A DNA stretch of 36,934 nt, taken from positions 62,001-98,934 of the forward strand of contig JYFJ02001297.1 of NCBI GenBank assembly GCA_000934665.2, written 5' to 3'. This document shows, in pieces, positions 25,614-36,642 of the stretch. The notes beneath the pieces were generated by a model, which had not been told where the DNA came from, did no database searches, and was given only the letters and a program-made list of their open reading frames with translations. How positions within the stretch are numbered: position 1 is the stretch's first letter; the number at the start of each line of letters is the position of its first letter. The translations under genes were made by a program, and so were the position numbers. The DNA is from Catajapyx aquilonaris. Its lineage: Eukaryota.

Positions 25614-27278
25614 TTATAGTGATTTCCACAGAGCCACTAAAATGCTACATAATAATGACAGATGAAGACTGAGACTTCTGGTCAATGATGGAGCCAAGTT
25701 TGCACCATTGATATGGACCCCAACAGAAGGGCAGCCCACAGAGAGGGGCGGCGGAAGAGTGGCTTCCTTGTCCACTCTCATCCTCATGTTATGAAACCTC
25801 CAAAACACCATGTCTTTGAAGAAGTATGTCTTTCCATCAGTCCATGTGAATACAGCATCAATGTCATTTGGCACACCCTTCCACATCTTCATGTCCCTGG
25901 GGTAGTCCAACAATGCCTTACCATCGTATCCCAGCCTCCAGAACTGGTGGCCGCTGAAGAGATACGTCCTCCCGTTATGACCCCAGGTCATGACTCCATC
26001 TACATGCTCCAGATTGGCCGGAAGACCCATAGCCGTGATGGGTTGAGGATAGCCCCTGGCAGCCACATTGGCATCGAACACCCAAAAGTTGGCTCCGATG
26101 AAGATTACAATACGCCTGTCCTGTCGTTCGTACACAGCGTCAACGCGGGTCAAATCCTTTGGCAATCCTATCCAAAATTCAGGAATCCGTATAGGGTCAC
26201 TACGAGCCATTTCGTAAATCCTCCAGAAATACGCGCCTTTAAACACAAACACTTCACCACGAATGACAGACACCGCATCATATGCACCACAGGATTCAGG
26301 TATTGCTGGGGGTATGATTGATGTTGGTATTGCCGGCTGTGTCGTTGGTCTTGCTGGTGGCGTAGGCCTCGTAGGTCGTGTAGGTCTCGTCGGTCTCGTC
26401 GGTCGTGTGGGTTGAGTGGGCCTCGTTGGTCGAGTTGGTCTTGTTGGTCGCGTGGGCATGGTCGGCATTGGCGGCATATCCGTCTGACCACCATTACCGT
26501 AGAGCACCTGGATAGCATACCGGTCATCGGTCGGAAGCTCGAAATTCCCAGGGAACAGTTGGTAATATGGAGACATGAGGGCACCTTCTACAGCCGAATG
26601 AGCAAGTCCTAACGAGTGACCAAACTCGTGTGCTGCCACGAAGAAGATGCTGGTCTCGTCGCGGTACGGCTTAGGCTGGACAACCCAAACCTCATCTTCG
26701 TCGAAATGAGCATCTCCACCGATGCCACTTCCGGGGAAGAAGGCATGGGCAAGCGTATTGCCTCGACCATCAAAAGGGTACATATCACTGATGTGTCGTC
26801 GAGGCTCAAACGACACCAAAATGTCAGCCTTGTCACTGCTTGTCTCGATGAACCTGAGTGACGAGTGCCTTGCCCATACATCCAGGGCACGGCTCAGTTC
26901 ACGTCGAATGACGTCCATGCTTAGTTGTCTGGAGCCCTTCACCAACTTCCATGTCAGAGTAGTCTTGCTCCATTTCTTTCCCTGCAGAGTGTACCTTTTC
27001 GAGCGATGGTGCTCAACGTCCGGCAACCCACATCTCGACTTCTTCATCAGTGCCTTTGTTTTCTCGTCCATCACACCAGTCGGTTTCAAACCTCCGTACA
27101 GCTGCATTTGACGAACGGCATCTAGCACAGCGTCTTTGGTCACCAACGTCCCAATTTCGCCTGAAGGCAGGTACCCATATGTACTCAGGTAGTTCAGTTC
27201 GTCTTGACCCAGTTGGGGCACCAGCTCTGCAGAAAGCACTGTGCACACAGCAAGCAGTGTATATAGCGTGGACAACAT
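25614..27278 (-). CDS. Matrix metalloproteinase (M10A; arthropod MMP2/MT-MMP-like), single-exon CDS, probable GPI anchor, 554 aa
   Basis: Signal peptide; cysteine switch SRCGLPD; furin site RSKR; LAHAFFP; zinc motif HEFGHSLGLAH; Met-turn ALMSPYY; Pro/Thr/Arg hinge; hemopexin repeats bounded by Cys; hydrophobic C-terminus with no cytoplasmic tail. Confidence 0.96.
   Translation of the reverse strand: MLSTLYTLLAVCTVLSAELVPQLGQDELNYLSTYGYLPSGEIGTLVTKDAVLDAVRQMQLYGGLKPTGVMDEKTKALMKKSRCGLPDVEHHRSKRYTLQGKKWSKTTLTWKLVKGSRQLSMDVIRRELSRALDVWARHSSLRFIETSSDKADILVSFEPRRHISDMYPFDGRGNTLAHAFFPGSGIGGDAHFDEDEVWVVQPKPYRDETSIFFVAAHEFGHSLGLAHSAVEGALMSPYYQLFPGNFELPTDDRYAIQVLYGNGGQTDMPPMPTMPTRPTRPTRPTRPTQPTRPTRPTRPTRPTRPTPPARPTTQPAIPTSIIPPAIPESCGAYDAVSVIRGEVFVFKGAYFWRIYEMARSDPIRIPEFWIGLPKDLTRVDAVYERQDRRIVIFIGANFWVFDANVAARGYPQPITAMGLPANLEHVDGVMTWGHNGRTYLFSGHQFWRLGYDGKALLDYPRDMKMWKGVPNDIDAVFTWTDGKTYFFKDMVFWRFHNMRMRVDKEATLPPPLSVGCPSVGVHINGANLAPSLTRSLSLHLSLLCSILVALWKSL
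26343..26477 (-). repeat. (Pro-Thr-Arg)n coding repeat in the MMP hinge
   Basis: PPMPTMPTRPTRPTRPTRPTQPTRPTRPTRPTRPTRPTPPARPT; 9-bp unit with varied synonymous codons. Confidence 0.9.
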
Positions 27279-27284
27279 CTTGAT

Positions 27285-27954
27285 GCCAACTGAACTGAAG
27301 GAACGGAACCTATGAGTTACAAATGCAGTGCATTGACCACATGTGCGTCACAAATGCGGATGTGACTTCCGACAGGTAATGGCTTTCAAAACAACATTTT
27401 CTTATCAGTCGGGTTGTAGTACTGATTTCCAGGAAATCATGGTCTTGCACTGCGCGTCAACTTCACTCGATCTGGGTAAATATTGGAGGGGTGGGGGGGT
27501 TATTCCCACCTAAAATGTGCGTAGGCAGTGCGGTATGGATAATCTAAAATCAGTATAATACGGAAGCCAGATGCGGAGGTGCCTTGGAACTTGGAAGGAA
27601 GGTGTACGTAACAGGGAGAATTGAAAATCATGTTTATTAATCTATAGCCTACACAATCATAAGTAAGCACGCATACTAATCATGAGTCACACAAGCAAGA
27701 CAGTGTCAAATTATGTTAACATTGGTGCTACAGGAACGTTTCTTGACAGGTGATGTCCCCTGCAGGATACTCCAGACAATTACAACATAGTCAAAACGTA
27801 AGTTAATTGCCGTATCTCTATGCCAAAAATAATGCGTTCTGATCGTAAAATTGGCCAAGAGATCGCTATACACCTGTAGCAAATATGTGATTGGTAGACT
27901 ATTACATGAATTATAAGTATGAGTACAGTAGGCTATGAAGATTGTTATGACTCA
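27285..27954 (-). promoter_or_regulatory. Candidate MMP promoter/enhancer motif cluster
   Basis: TCAGTT Inr-like motifs just 5' of the ATG; Runx TGTGGTC 27335-27341; TGACGCA 27344-27350; ETS CGGAAGT 27365-27371; GATA 27401-27406; STAT TTCCAGGAA 27427-27435; AP-1 TGAGTCA 27683-27689 and TGACTCA 27948-27954. Confidence 0.5.
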
Positions 27955-28582
27955 CCCTGTATTATTAACAAGAGCACCTGATGAAAAGTCTCGCTAAATC
28001 CGAAAATCGTGTTTTCTGAAAGTTTCGTTTTGAAACAGGCAGTTTGGATAATAATTATAACCTAATACTCATTTTTTTCATATAGTTGTGTCTTATAAGC
28101 GATCAAAGAACAAGTTAAATACGTCAAGATAAACTAAGTCATTATATTTTAACTCATGACTGCCGAACTTGTGACTATTTCGTCATATAAATCATTGACA
28201 ACTCCAAAAATATACACCTGGTCAGTCTGGTGAGCTAGAACCTTCTTACTTTGGGAATTGGCACATTAAAAAAAAGTTATCATGAGGCTTCAACAATTAC
28301 TTTCAAAATGAACAGAAAGAAAAAGGTTTCGAATGTTGTTAAATTGAGTGTGGGGTAGGGGAAGCCTCGGGGGAAGCATTAATTATATTGCCCTGAATTT
28401 TCGAACTAGAGCAGGTTGATGATGTGATGGTCCACCCACATCGTGGTGCCCATTTGGCATCAGAGGTCGAAACCCCAACTTTGCCACGGCAGACCCGCAA
28501 TAATGGTCGAAAATGATGCAATTCCACTGAAAAACTCGAAGCAATATGAATCTCTGTGGCAGTGTTGAAATCAAGGGGTTAA

Positions 28583-28707
28583 CCACCTCGGTACTCCAGT
28601 GTATACTACACCTGCAGTGTGGTACTCCCAGGTCCCAGGTACTCCTTATAGGTACCCTACTCTTTGATACTCCTTGGTACTCCAATGTACACTTTACAGT
28701 CGAGGGG
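28583..28707. mobile_element. Small TTAA-flanked element with repeated GGTACTCC
   Basis: TTAA-CCACCTCG ... CGAGGGG-TTAA; GGTACTCC four times; followed by the palindrome GGGGTTAACGCGTTAACCCC. Confidence 0.45.
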
Positions 28708-29490
28708 TTAACGCGTTAACCCCGTGGTTGAAAGGTCTGACAGAGACTGCATGTTAGGGGTAATTTAAGACCACTGGGAACTAAATGTTATTGCATGTTT
28801 TTTAAAATATTAATATCGACCTTTGACCAGCTCAGACCTACCTTCAGATTGAGACCCTTGCAGTGTATGCAGAGCTGTTTGCATAACCGATGGTATCTTT
28901 CTTGCTTGAGGAAGAAGTGACCGCAAAGTAACCGCAATGCACTTCCTTGGAAAGCTATGCAGTCCGAATGCCGCAAAATGTTATCCTCGATTGAATTTTT
29001 AACATTAAATCACCCAGCTCCCATCTGTGGACTTTTATCCTTGGGAATCAGGGCTACCAATGTGCCACAACTGCCAGCAGGGTTATCCACCTACCAGGAT
29101 ATACTCTTCAGACTGTTGAAATATGTTAATTCCTAATGCAAGATCTTTATTGTCATTCCTTTTGGATATTCACAGGAACCTGGCAAACCAGTGTGAGGTT
29201 CGCAAAATTACACTCCTTCCAGCTTAGACCTAGAGATACACTATTGCACCGGATCGGACCATTTCCTTGTAGAATGTATATTTTCCTTCCCTATTCACTC
29301 CCTAACTCCTCCTCTCCCCACCTATAGACTTTCCACACCTGACTATACGGATTTGATTTCCTGCAGGAGTTTAACCGTGACTTGATATCCTTTTCCCATT
29401 TAATACTAGTAAGCTTACCTCCATTCAAGACATAATGTATTATTAATGCAGTACGGTCTTCTGATAGAGTGTGGGGAGTGTGGGGAGTGT

Positions 29491-29705
29491 GGGGAGGAGA
29501 CACAGTTGCAAGTGTAGCCTAATGTCTGAAAAAGGGTCATGTGCAGTCTCCCTGGAGGTTAGGGTGCCAGACGCCTCCAAGGCGTGGGTCAGAGACTCTC
29601 TCTACGCAGGCGAAGGGGAACTACTGGGTGGGGATCGAACCCGAGACCTTTCACTCAGCAAGCCGAGACGTTGCCGACTCGGCCACCACCGGTGTACACC
29701 TCCTC
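29491..29705 (-). mobile_element. tRNA-derived SINE, family 4, copy 2
   Basis: Colinear with 8060-8263; B box GGTTCGATCC on minus; preceded by (GAGTGTGGG)x3. Confidence 0.72.
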
Positions 29706-29740
29706 AGTTGGATCATACTTGGAAAGTGAAATGTCTTGTA

Positions 29741-31270
29741 TACAGCCTGTTCAATACATATGACACGCCCCGTTCCGCTATGACCATTGGTCATCGAGAA
29801 GCTGTTCGTCGAATTAGTGAGAAAGTGAAAATGAGAGAGCTTGAAAAACAAATAGTTTGTGTGAAATTTCGCCAAAAAAAATTGGTAAAGATTTTACATA
29901 GACATTTCAATTGCTTTACCAAGCATACTTGAGAAGGGTCTCCTAGACCAAAAGAGACACAGATCAGTCGGTCAAAGGTCAAGGTGATGTTGGTTGTGTT
30001 TTTGGATTGGAAATGCATTTTTCTTTATGAATTTGGACCATGTTGTCAGATTGGCAGACCAACAGTATAGTGTTGTACCAGAATGTTTTAGTGCGTTTGA
30101 GGGCTGCTGTGCCCAGGAAAGGCCTAAATTGTGGGAAAGCCACACTTGGATATTGCGCCACGGCAATGCGCTGGCTCACACATCGCTCCTCTGTAGAGGT
30201 GGGCATAGCTAACCGAAAAATTAGCTTCTCTAATAGCTAATCAGCCAACTTTTTTTTTTTTTTGCTTTGCTAAGTAGCTAAAGCTAAATGGCTAGAAAAT
30301 TAGTGTAAGCTAATGCTAACAGCTAACAAGCTAACGTTTATTTTGGAATGGAACCTTTTTTTTTTTTGCTCTATGACCCTTAAAAACAGAAGCTGATAAA
30401 GCCTAGAGAATATTGCTACACATACGCCTTATTTAGTTACTTACTGTTCCGTACAAAAAGTAATAAACAAATCCAAAGAGCAAAAAGGTTTATTGCCTTA
30501 TTGGTCACATACTGATACTCTTACATTTTTACTCCATATTTGGGAGTGATGGTTGGCCATAGAACCTTGAAGTCCCCCACATTTTTGGACATTGAAAGGA
30601 AGACTTTCAATTTTGGTGCATCACCAGTGGGATTCCACCATAGGGATAGGGGAAGTCCCCCACCCATAAACGGGTCTATTTTAATCCCTGCCTGGAGTGG
30701 AAACAATGCAACTTTAAAATGTAACAGACAGCGAGACAGGAACACGAATGAATTTTGTTAGCTGGATTTATTTAGCTGCAGTGCGGCACAAATTTTAGTG
30801 GGAGCTAATTAGTCAGCTAGCGGTATGAAACGTTAGAGAAACAGCTAATCAGCTAACGAAAAGTTGGTTCAGCTGTTAGCTGTTAGCTGATTAGCGGCGC
30901 TAATGCCCACCTTATTTGCTCCTCTCTATCAGTTATCTGGCAAAACATCAGACATCCGTTGTGCCAATCTACAGTACCCTATTCTCCGGACTTAGCCCCA
31001 GCAGACCTTTTGCTATATTCAAAACTTAAAACCAATTTGAAATGACGTCATTTCCGAACCATAGAGGCGATTCAGGCAATCAGGCAAGACACTGCGCGCC
31101 ATCACAGAAAGTGTATTCCAGGAAGCATTCCAACAATGGAAGAAAAAATTTAAAACTGTCTATCGCCAGTGTAGAGGGAACTACTTTGAAGGCGACAGTG
31201 CTTAAAATGTTGCAACTTAAGCAATAGAGTATGTATAGATAAAGTTCGGTTTCTTTTTGAACAGCCCAAA
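29741..31270 (+). pseudogene. Decayed, internally deleted mariner element / transposase pseudogene
   Basis: MRELEKQIVCVKF (ATG 29831), RSKVKVMLVVF, WILRHGNALAHTSLL (=LHHDNAPAH), PYSPDLAPAD (30977-31006); right end TTTTTGAACAGCCCAAA-TA. Confidence 0.85.
30193..30917. mobile_element. hAT-type MITE nested in the mariner remnant
   Basis: AGGTGGGCA/TGCCCACCT ends, many GCTAA/TTAGC subterminal repeats, GCTCCTCT duplicated at 30185-30192 and 30918-30925. Confidence 0.72.
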
Positions 31271-31290
31271 TATCGCATCGACAGTCGATG

Positions 31291-31298
31291 TATCGATA
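31291..31298. promoter_or_regulatory. DRE (DREF/BEAF-type) element
   Basis: Perfect TATCGATA within a cluster of TCGA/CGAT half sites (31271-31303). Confidence 0.4.
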
Positions 31299-31488
31299 TA
31301 TCGCACAGCCATGTTTTCTGGCGGGAAACGGACTGGAAACGGAGGATGGACTGAGCGCGCCCTCCTTTGAAGAAATAACCAACCAATGCCCAACTTGTCA
31401 ATGGGACATGGCCTCCTTCCCACCCTCCCTCAGTACCTCTGCTATTGGTCGTCGGATGGGGCTGAATGCGTGACAGGAATCATACTTA

Positions 31489-31848
31489 AGGGCCGTTTAC
31501 ACTAGGAAACTTGTCAAATAACTAGTTGCGCAACTAGTTTTCTCCAACCTGAAAATACATGGGACAGATAGGAAGTTGCACCCTGACCTGAAAAAGCTCC
31601 AACTTGTCATCCAACCAACTTTTTGGTTGTGGGTGGAGCCATAAGTTGTGGGTGGAGCCATAAAGTTTAGCTCTAGGGAGCATACTAGTTGTTCAACCTG
31701 GGAGGGGGAATAGGGAATCCGACGGAATCCATCTTGAAAGTTCAAGGTTGGGTTGGTGGGAGGGGCGAGAAGCTGGTCACGTGGGGGGTTTTATTGCAAC
31801 TAGTTGTACAACTAGTTATTTGACAAGTTTCCTAGTGTAAACGGCCCT
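31489..31848. mobile_element. PIF/Harbinger-type MITE (TTA TSD)
   Basis: ~40-bp perfect TIR AGGGCCGTTTACACTAGGAAACTTGTCAAATAACTAGTTG; TTA 31486-31488 and 31849-31851. Confidence 0.88.
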
Positions 31849-31893
31849 TTAGGAATCATAGTGGATAGTGGTGCCACTCTGGTGGTGCGGTGT

Positions 31894-32345
31894 CAGTGTT
31901 ACCAGATGTACCATAATTATGGTATTCATACCATAATTTCGGGTTCCGTACCATGTACCATAATGGTACGCAAAAAGTACCATTATTTTGTCAAGTCCAA
32001 TGTTACTCTGTAATTCCACTTCCATGAAAAAAGTGATACCAATTTAACCACATATACACCTATTCAAATCTCCCAGTAGGTTACATTCACCAAAACTTGT
32101 GTGACCTTGAACCAAAAAAATTTTTCGCCTGCGGCGCGCTTTTCCCTCCCCGCCAGTACTTTACTACTTTCCCCGGTTTCGACTACTTTATCATGTTTAA
32201 CTTTTTAATTACGGATATTTAAATTTAAATTGTCTCTAATTAACATTAATTACGCCATTTTTGAAATGTACCATCTTTTCCGGAAAAGTACCATTTATTT
32301 CGAGGGTTGGTACCATTTACTCGATCTCACGATCTGGCAACTCTG
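31894..32345. mobile_element. hAT-type MITE
   Basis: TIR CAGTGTTACCAGAT/ATCTGGCAACTCTG, perfect 8-bp TSD TGCGGTGT, GTACCAT subterminal repeats. Confidence 0.85.
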
Positions 32346-32959
32346 TGCGGTGTGGCTGTGGCGCCAAAACCCCAGCTCCAGGACAGGTCGCCCTTGCCAC
32401 TTGCCAGCCCTTGCTTCGATTCGAACACCTCCGAAGTGTAGCCGGTTCCTCCGTCTCCCCTCCCTTGGTCTGGTCCTGATTCCAGTGATCCCCTCCTCCA
32501 CGTTGCCCTCCGCTTTCCTTGTCGTCCACCTCACTACCAGGCCGCATACCTGCCCAGCACATCAGGTCATCCCGCCAGGACAAAGCGGACACAGGGCTCC
32601 CATGCCCCCGCCAGCGTCCCTGCCTCTGCGGTGTCAGGACAGGACACCACACCTCGCCATAGGTGAGGAGTGTCACCTGTGATCGAGCCATCGAGCCCCC
32701 ATCCAACGAGTTGGCCCAGGGCTGGTACACCGTTCCAGGGTGTGCTCAGCAGTCAGGTATTATGTCCTTGTTTTTGCATTGTAATGCGTAGCAGGTAGCA
32801 AGTTCGTTCTCTTCCACCTCCATTTTCATGTTATGGGTGGGGAATGAATGAGGTTAGGAACAGGCTCCGCCTCTACCCTGCTCACACACAACTGCATGGT
32901 GGCAGCATCAGCAGGAAATTTTTGCTCTGCCTGGTAGCAATTTTGTACCATACATTGCA

Positions 32960-34323
32960 CAGGGGCGGATCCAAAGAGGAATTTTGGGGGAGGAACTATT
33001 CGTATTCATGTTGCCCCCCCCCCCNCCCCCCCTCCCCCCCTCCAAAAAAAAAACCCCCCGCTCATTTTCAAAGCCCACATAGCGTTTTGGACTTAACATA
33101 AATGCCGAAATGCGAATTTCGTGCTGGGATCGGTTCAGAAAATGCCAATAAGACGTGGCTGCTTCTGGGTTTCCACTCCGCGATGTAGGCTACATGCTAT
33201 TGTAGTAATAACCTTGTTGTTTGGCAAATTGTTGAAAGGAAGGGCAGAAAATATTTTTTGCACTCCTGGACGGCCCCTGGGCAGAGAGAGGTCTGATAGT
33301 TATGGGGTGATAGATGGAGATCATTGAGTTGGTGTTTCCCGGCTTTTGGATGACAGCACCAGTACTGTGGTAGTGGTACAGTACTTTGTTCTGGCCCTAC
33401 CAGGCACGGTCCATCACAATTCCTGATGACTTTAGTAAGTTGTGAGGGTAGCAAGCTGATCGCTAATATATTGTGGGTTGTTATCCGACCAACAATGCTG
33501 CCCGTCTTGTGCAGGTCAACCAAGTTATTGTGGCTTTGTCAAGTGCCAATCGCTTGTTCCTGATTAATTGGCAAAGTCACATTACATTATTTAGTTGGCC
33601 TGCAGTTGCACAAGACAGACACCTTTGTTGATCGGATAACAACCCACAGTAACCCATCATCCCGCTAAGCTCGCAACTAACTTATATCACCAGGCAATGC
33701 GACGTACCATGCCTGGCAGCTATGCCACAAAGACGTACAGTATCAGTGCAATCACTCCCAAGGCCACACAGATGCCACCAACAAAAAAATGAGGTCAAAT
33801 CTGAAACGCCTGTGATCTTTCCCATTGAAAGTTACCCCTAGCAGACCAACATTTCACATTTTTCCAGGGTGCTTCATATTCATTTTGCATCAAGAAGGGA
33901 ACAAACATACACACATCCATTCATCCGCATAGTCTAATCCGCCACCCACACGTTCCGTAGTTTCAGATCCCCCATTCCGTAGTTTCAGATCCCCCATTCC
34001 GTCCCATCCCGGCTCAATATGTGACCTACAAAGCCTACAAACAACGAATATGCTGGGAAACGTCCCACTTTGCAGAGTGGGAAATGAAAACAAGCCATTA
34101 CACAAAAGTCGCGTTTAGGCCCTGGTTACAGGATGGTGTGTGATTTGTATGAAGCAAGGCCACGCGACAACGCGGCTGTTAGAAAAAAATCGCAGTTTGA
34201 ATGAAATCCGAGGTGATTTTTATAATGTTAAAGTCTTAGGCTGATTGGGTGGGGGGGGGGGGGGGGAAATTTNNNNNNTCTCTCTCTCTCTCTTCCCCCC
34301 CCCCCCATGTGGATCCGCCCCTG
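32960..34323. mobile_element. Non-autonomous TIR element (hAT/P-like)
   Basis: 14-bp TIR CAGGGGCGGATCCA/TGGATCCGCCCCTG, CATTGCA directly on both sides; contains N gaps. Confidence 0.7.
33400..33716. repeat. Old degenerate foldback nested in the TIR element
   Basis: CCAGGCACGGT/ACCATGCCTGG, TGTGGGTTGTTATCCGACCAACA/TGTTGATCGGATAACAACCCACA, GTCTTGTGCA/TGCACAAGAC in mirror order. Confidence 0.65.
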
Positions 34324-34402
34324 CATTGCAAGTTCACTTATGAATATTGCCTGTCCGTAGCTGGGCGCAAAGTGTGGTGAGGCACCAGGACAATCGAGAG
34401 AC

Positions 34403-34509
34403 ATGCCTGGAGAACCCTGCAAGACTGTGCTTCGCTTTGTCAAGATGACGGACCATGCCTTTGCTCCACTGCGGACCTCTACTCGGGCTGCGGGGTACGA
34501 CCTGTGCAG
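34403..34509 (+). CDS. DUT: dUTPase (trimeric dUTP diphosphatase), first recognisable coding exon; remaining exons not found in the window
   Basis: MPGEPCKTVLRFVKMTDHAFAPLRTSTRAAGYDLC(S): motif I AGYDL preceded by LRF..L/M..HA.AP.R; donor CAG|GTATAG, phase 2; candidate acceptor CCGTAG| at 34360. Confidence 0.85.
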
Positions 34510-35267
34510 GTATAGCTCATCTGTCTTCCCTTTCATTATGGTGGATGCTGGGTAATAATGTGCAGCAACCACATGTCTCAAAGAGTACTGTATAAGAATT
34601 CAAGCAATGAATCAAACCCAGTGGGAAGCCAAAGAAGAAAGTAATATGCAACACATGCTTGTACTGTTTCAGCCAAAAATATATACACTTTGAAAGGCCC
34701 AACCAGTTCACTGGAAAACATGCTGCATCCCACAAGATGTACAAATGACATCACTGAGTGTATGTGCATGGGTAGGGACTAAAAATCAGCCTGCAGAAGG
34801 GTTGCCTGTCCAAATCATCAACATGGTGTGGGCCTCACAGAAGTCTACTTGGAACCAGTGTAGTGGCTCAGCTGAGGCGAACTGTGCCATTTGCAGGCTT
34901 AGTTTAGGCAGCATGCACTGTGCAACAGGACAAATAATAAGGAAACTTGCATGCGGTTGAGGAGCTGGGGTAGTGGAATGAGCGGGAGATGGTGAGAAAG
35001 TTGGTGAGGTCATGTTTTTAAAAAACCTCTGGATTCTCACTGTTGCTTCCTGAGAAAGAGTGTATTAGGGGTCGTGCAAATACCACATGACAGTTTTTTT
35101 TTTGGGGGGGGGGGGGNNNNNNNNNGAGAGAGAGAGAGAGAGAGAGAGATCGGTGGTCGGGGACCATTCGCGTGGTATCTCTGAACACAGGGAAGGGGCA
35201 CATGTGGGAGCTTTTACAGATGCACAAGTGGGTTCTTGTTTTATTTTAATGCAAAATGCTATATTAA

Positions 35268-36249
35268 AGGTAAGAGAGATCAGGGTCTGTTGTAACACTT
35301 TTTAATCTGGATATTTAAATTCAGTTGCATATGCATTTAGGCAAAGGTTTGTGACGTGGTGGAAATAAGGCAACATTCCTCTTTGTAAAATTAAAATTAT
35401 AAAATCTTAACATTAAAAATTGACAGATGAACAAATATTTTTCCAAGGCAACGCCATCCCTGGCAATGCAGAGTGTTACAACCGACCCCATCATAGGGGC
35501 ACTTGTAACAGAGGGCGGGGTCGATTGTAACACTATGTCTTAAGGGGAAAATGTAATATGGAAGAACAGTTTACACCCATTCATCTCCTCGACAATTGTC
35601 TTATAGCTTACTTGATCCACCTAGATTAGTTCTTTATCTCTCGATACACTGGAATTTATTCAGCAGATAAGTATTACACGAAAATTGATTTTATATTCAT
35701 GTAAATTTTTGACAACTGGTTATAAGAGGCTTTATTGCACAAAATAATAACTATTTCTATTCTCAATATCCTGTGAGATATGTAGCTGTAACATTTGTAC
35801 ACAGACTTGACCTTTCTCCCATGATTTTACCATGTTACTCCTGACCCCAAGGAAGCTGTTACAACTGTCCCCATTGTGTGTTGTCTTATAGATATTCCTA
35901 TACTACTTTTTAACTGTGCACATGATTTGGTCATCCATACCGTCAGTGTGACCCCACTAAAGGAACCTTTCTCATGGTACCAAGGGCAATTCAATAACAC
36001 CTCTACCCTCCACATAATCACTTGATTACTGCCACTCAAAAAAGTTTGGAACATAGCTTGATTTTGGCTTTTTGCATATAAAATAACATAAAACAAAAAA
36101 GGAGTAGCCAAAGTTTGGCGTACCCAGCTTAGAGGCCAGATTGGCACACATACTGTGTGTGTTTCAGCTTCAGGGCCTTCCAAACGTACTTATTATTGGC
36201 GATGTTACAATGGTACCCTGTTACAACCAACCCCTGATCTCCCTTACCG
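35268..36249. mobile_element. pogo/Tc1-like non-autonomous element
   Basis: GGTAAGAGAGATCAGGGTCTGTTGTAACA vs TGTTACAACCAACCCCTGATCTCCCTTACCG-TA; internal GGGGnnnnTTGTAACA repeats. Confidence 0.6.
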
Positions 36250-36269
36250 TATTAAACTGATGAAAACTT

Positions 36270-36581
36270 ACCGTAGCAGGTTGGTGTAATGGATATGGAG
36301 TCCGCCTGCTAATCGGGAGGTCCTGGGTTCGAATCCCGGGGCCGGCGAACCTGACCGTGGTTTTCTGTGGTTTCCCACCATCCCCCCAGGATAATCCCAG
36401 GGTTGTTTCTGTAAAAATAGGCCACAGCCGCTTCCTTCTGTCCCTATCCTTGGCCCCACCCATGTGGGAAGTAAGACTCAGAAAAATCGAAGAAAACTGA
36501 CGGTGGTATGCCACCCCCTAAAAGGGCTCCGCCCTATCGCGGGGCAAAAAAAATAATTAAAAAAAAATAAATAAATAAATA
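36270..36581 (+). mobile_element. tRNA-derived SINE, family 1, copy 2
   Basis: A box TGGTGTAATGG, B box GGTTCGAATCC, same core as 5099, A-rich/(AATA)n tail, 11-bp TSD GATGAAAACTT (36259-36269 / 36582-36592). Confidence 0.88.
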
Positions 36582-36642
36582 GATGAAAACTTTCACAATT
36601 TTGGCATGACGCGAACGGCAGTATTCTCATGGGTTATTAGTC

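Noticed and set aside
26343..26477. CRISPR-like reading of short repeats (also GGTACTCC and GCTAA arrays)
   Set aside because: Eukaryotic context, no repeat-spacer periodicity, no cas genes; explained by a coding hinge or MITE subterminal motifs.
25713..27283. Multiple ORFs antisense to or overlapping the MMP, and likewise over Mad exons
   Set aside because: Shadow frames of real coding sequence.
33013..35148. Poly-C/poly-G/(GA)n tracts as functional G-quadruplex elements
   Set aside because: They coincide with N gaps, so their length and structure are unreliable.
34786..36183. Minus-strand ORFs 34786-35040 and 35827-36183
   Set aside because: No homology recognised; the second lies inside a non-autonomous transposon.
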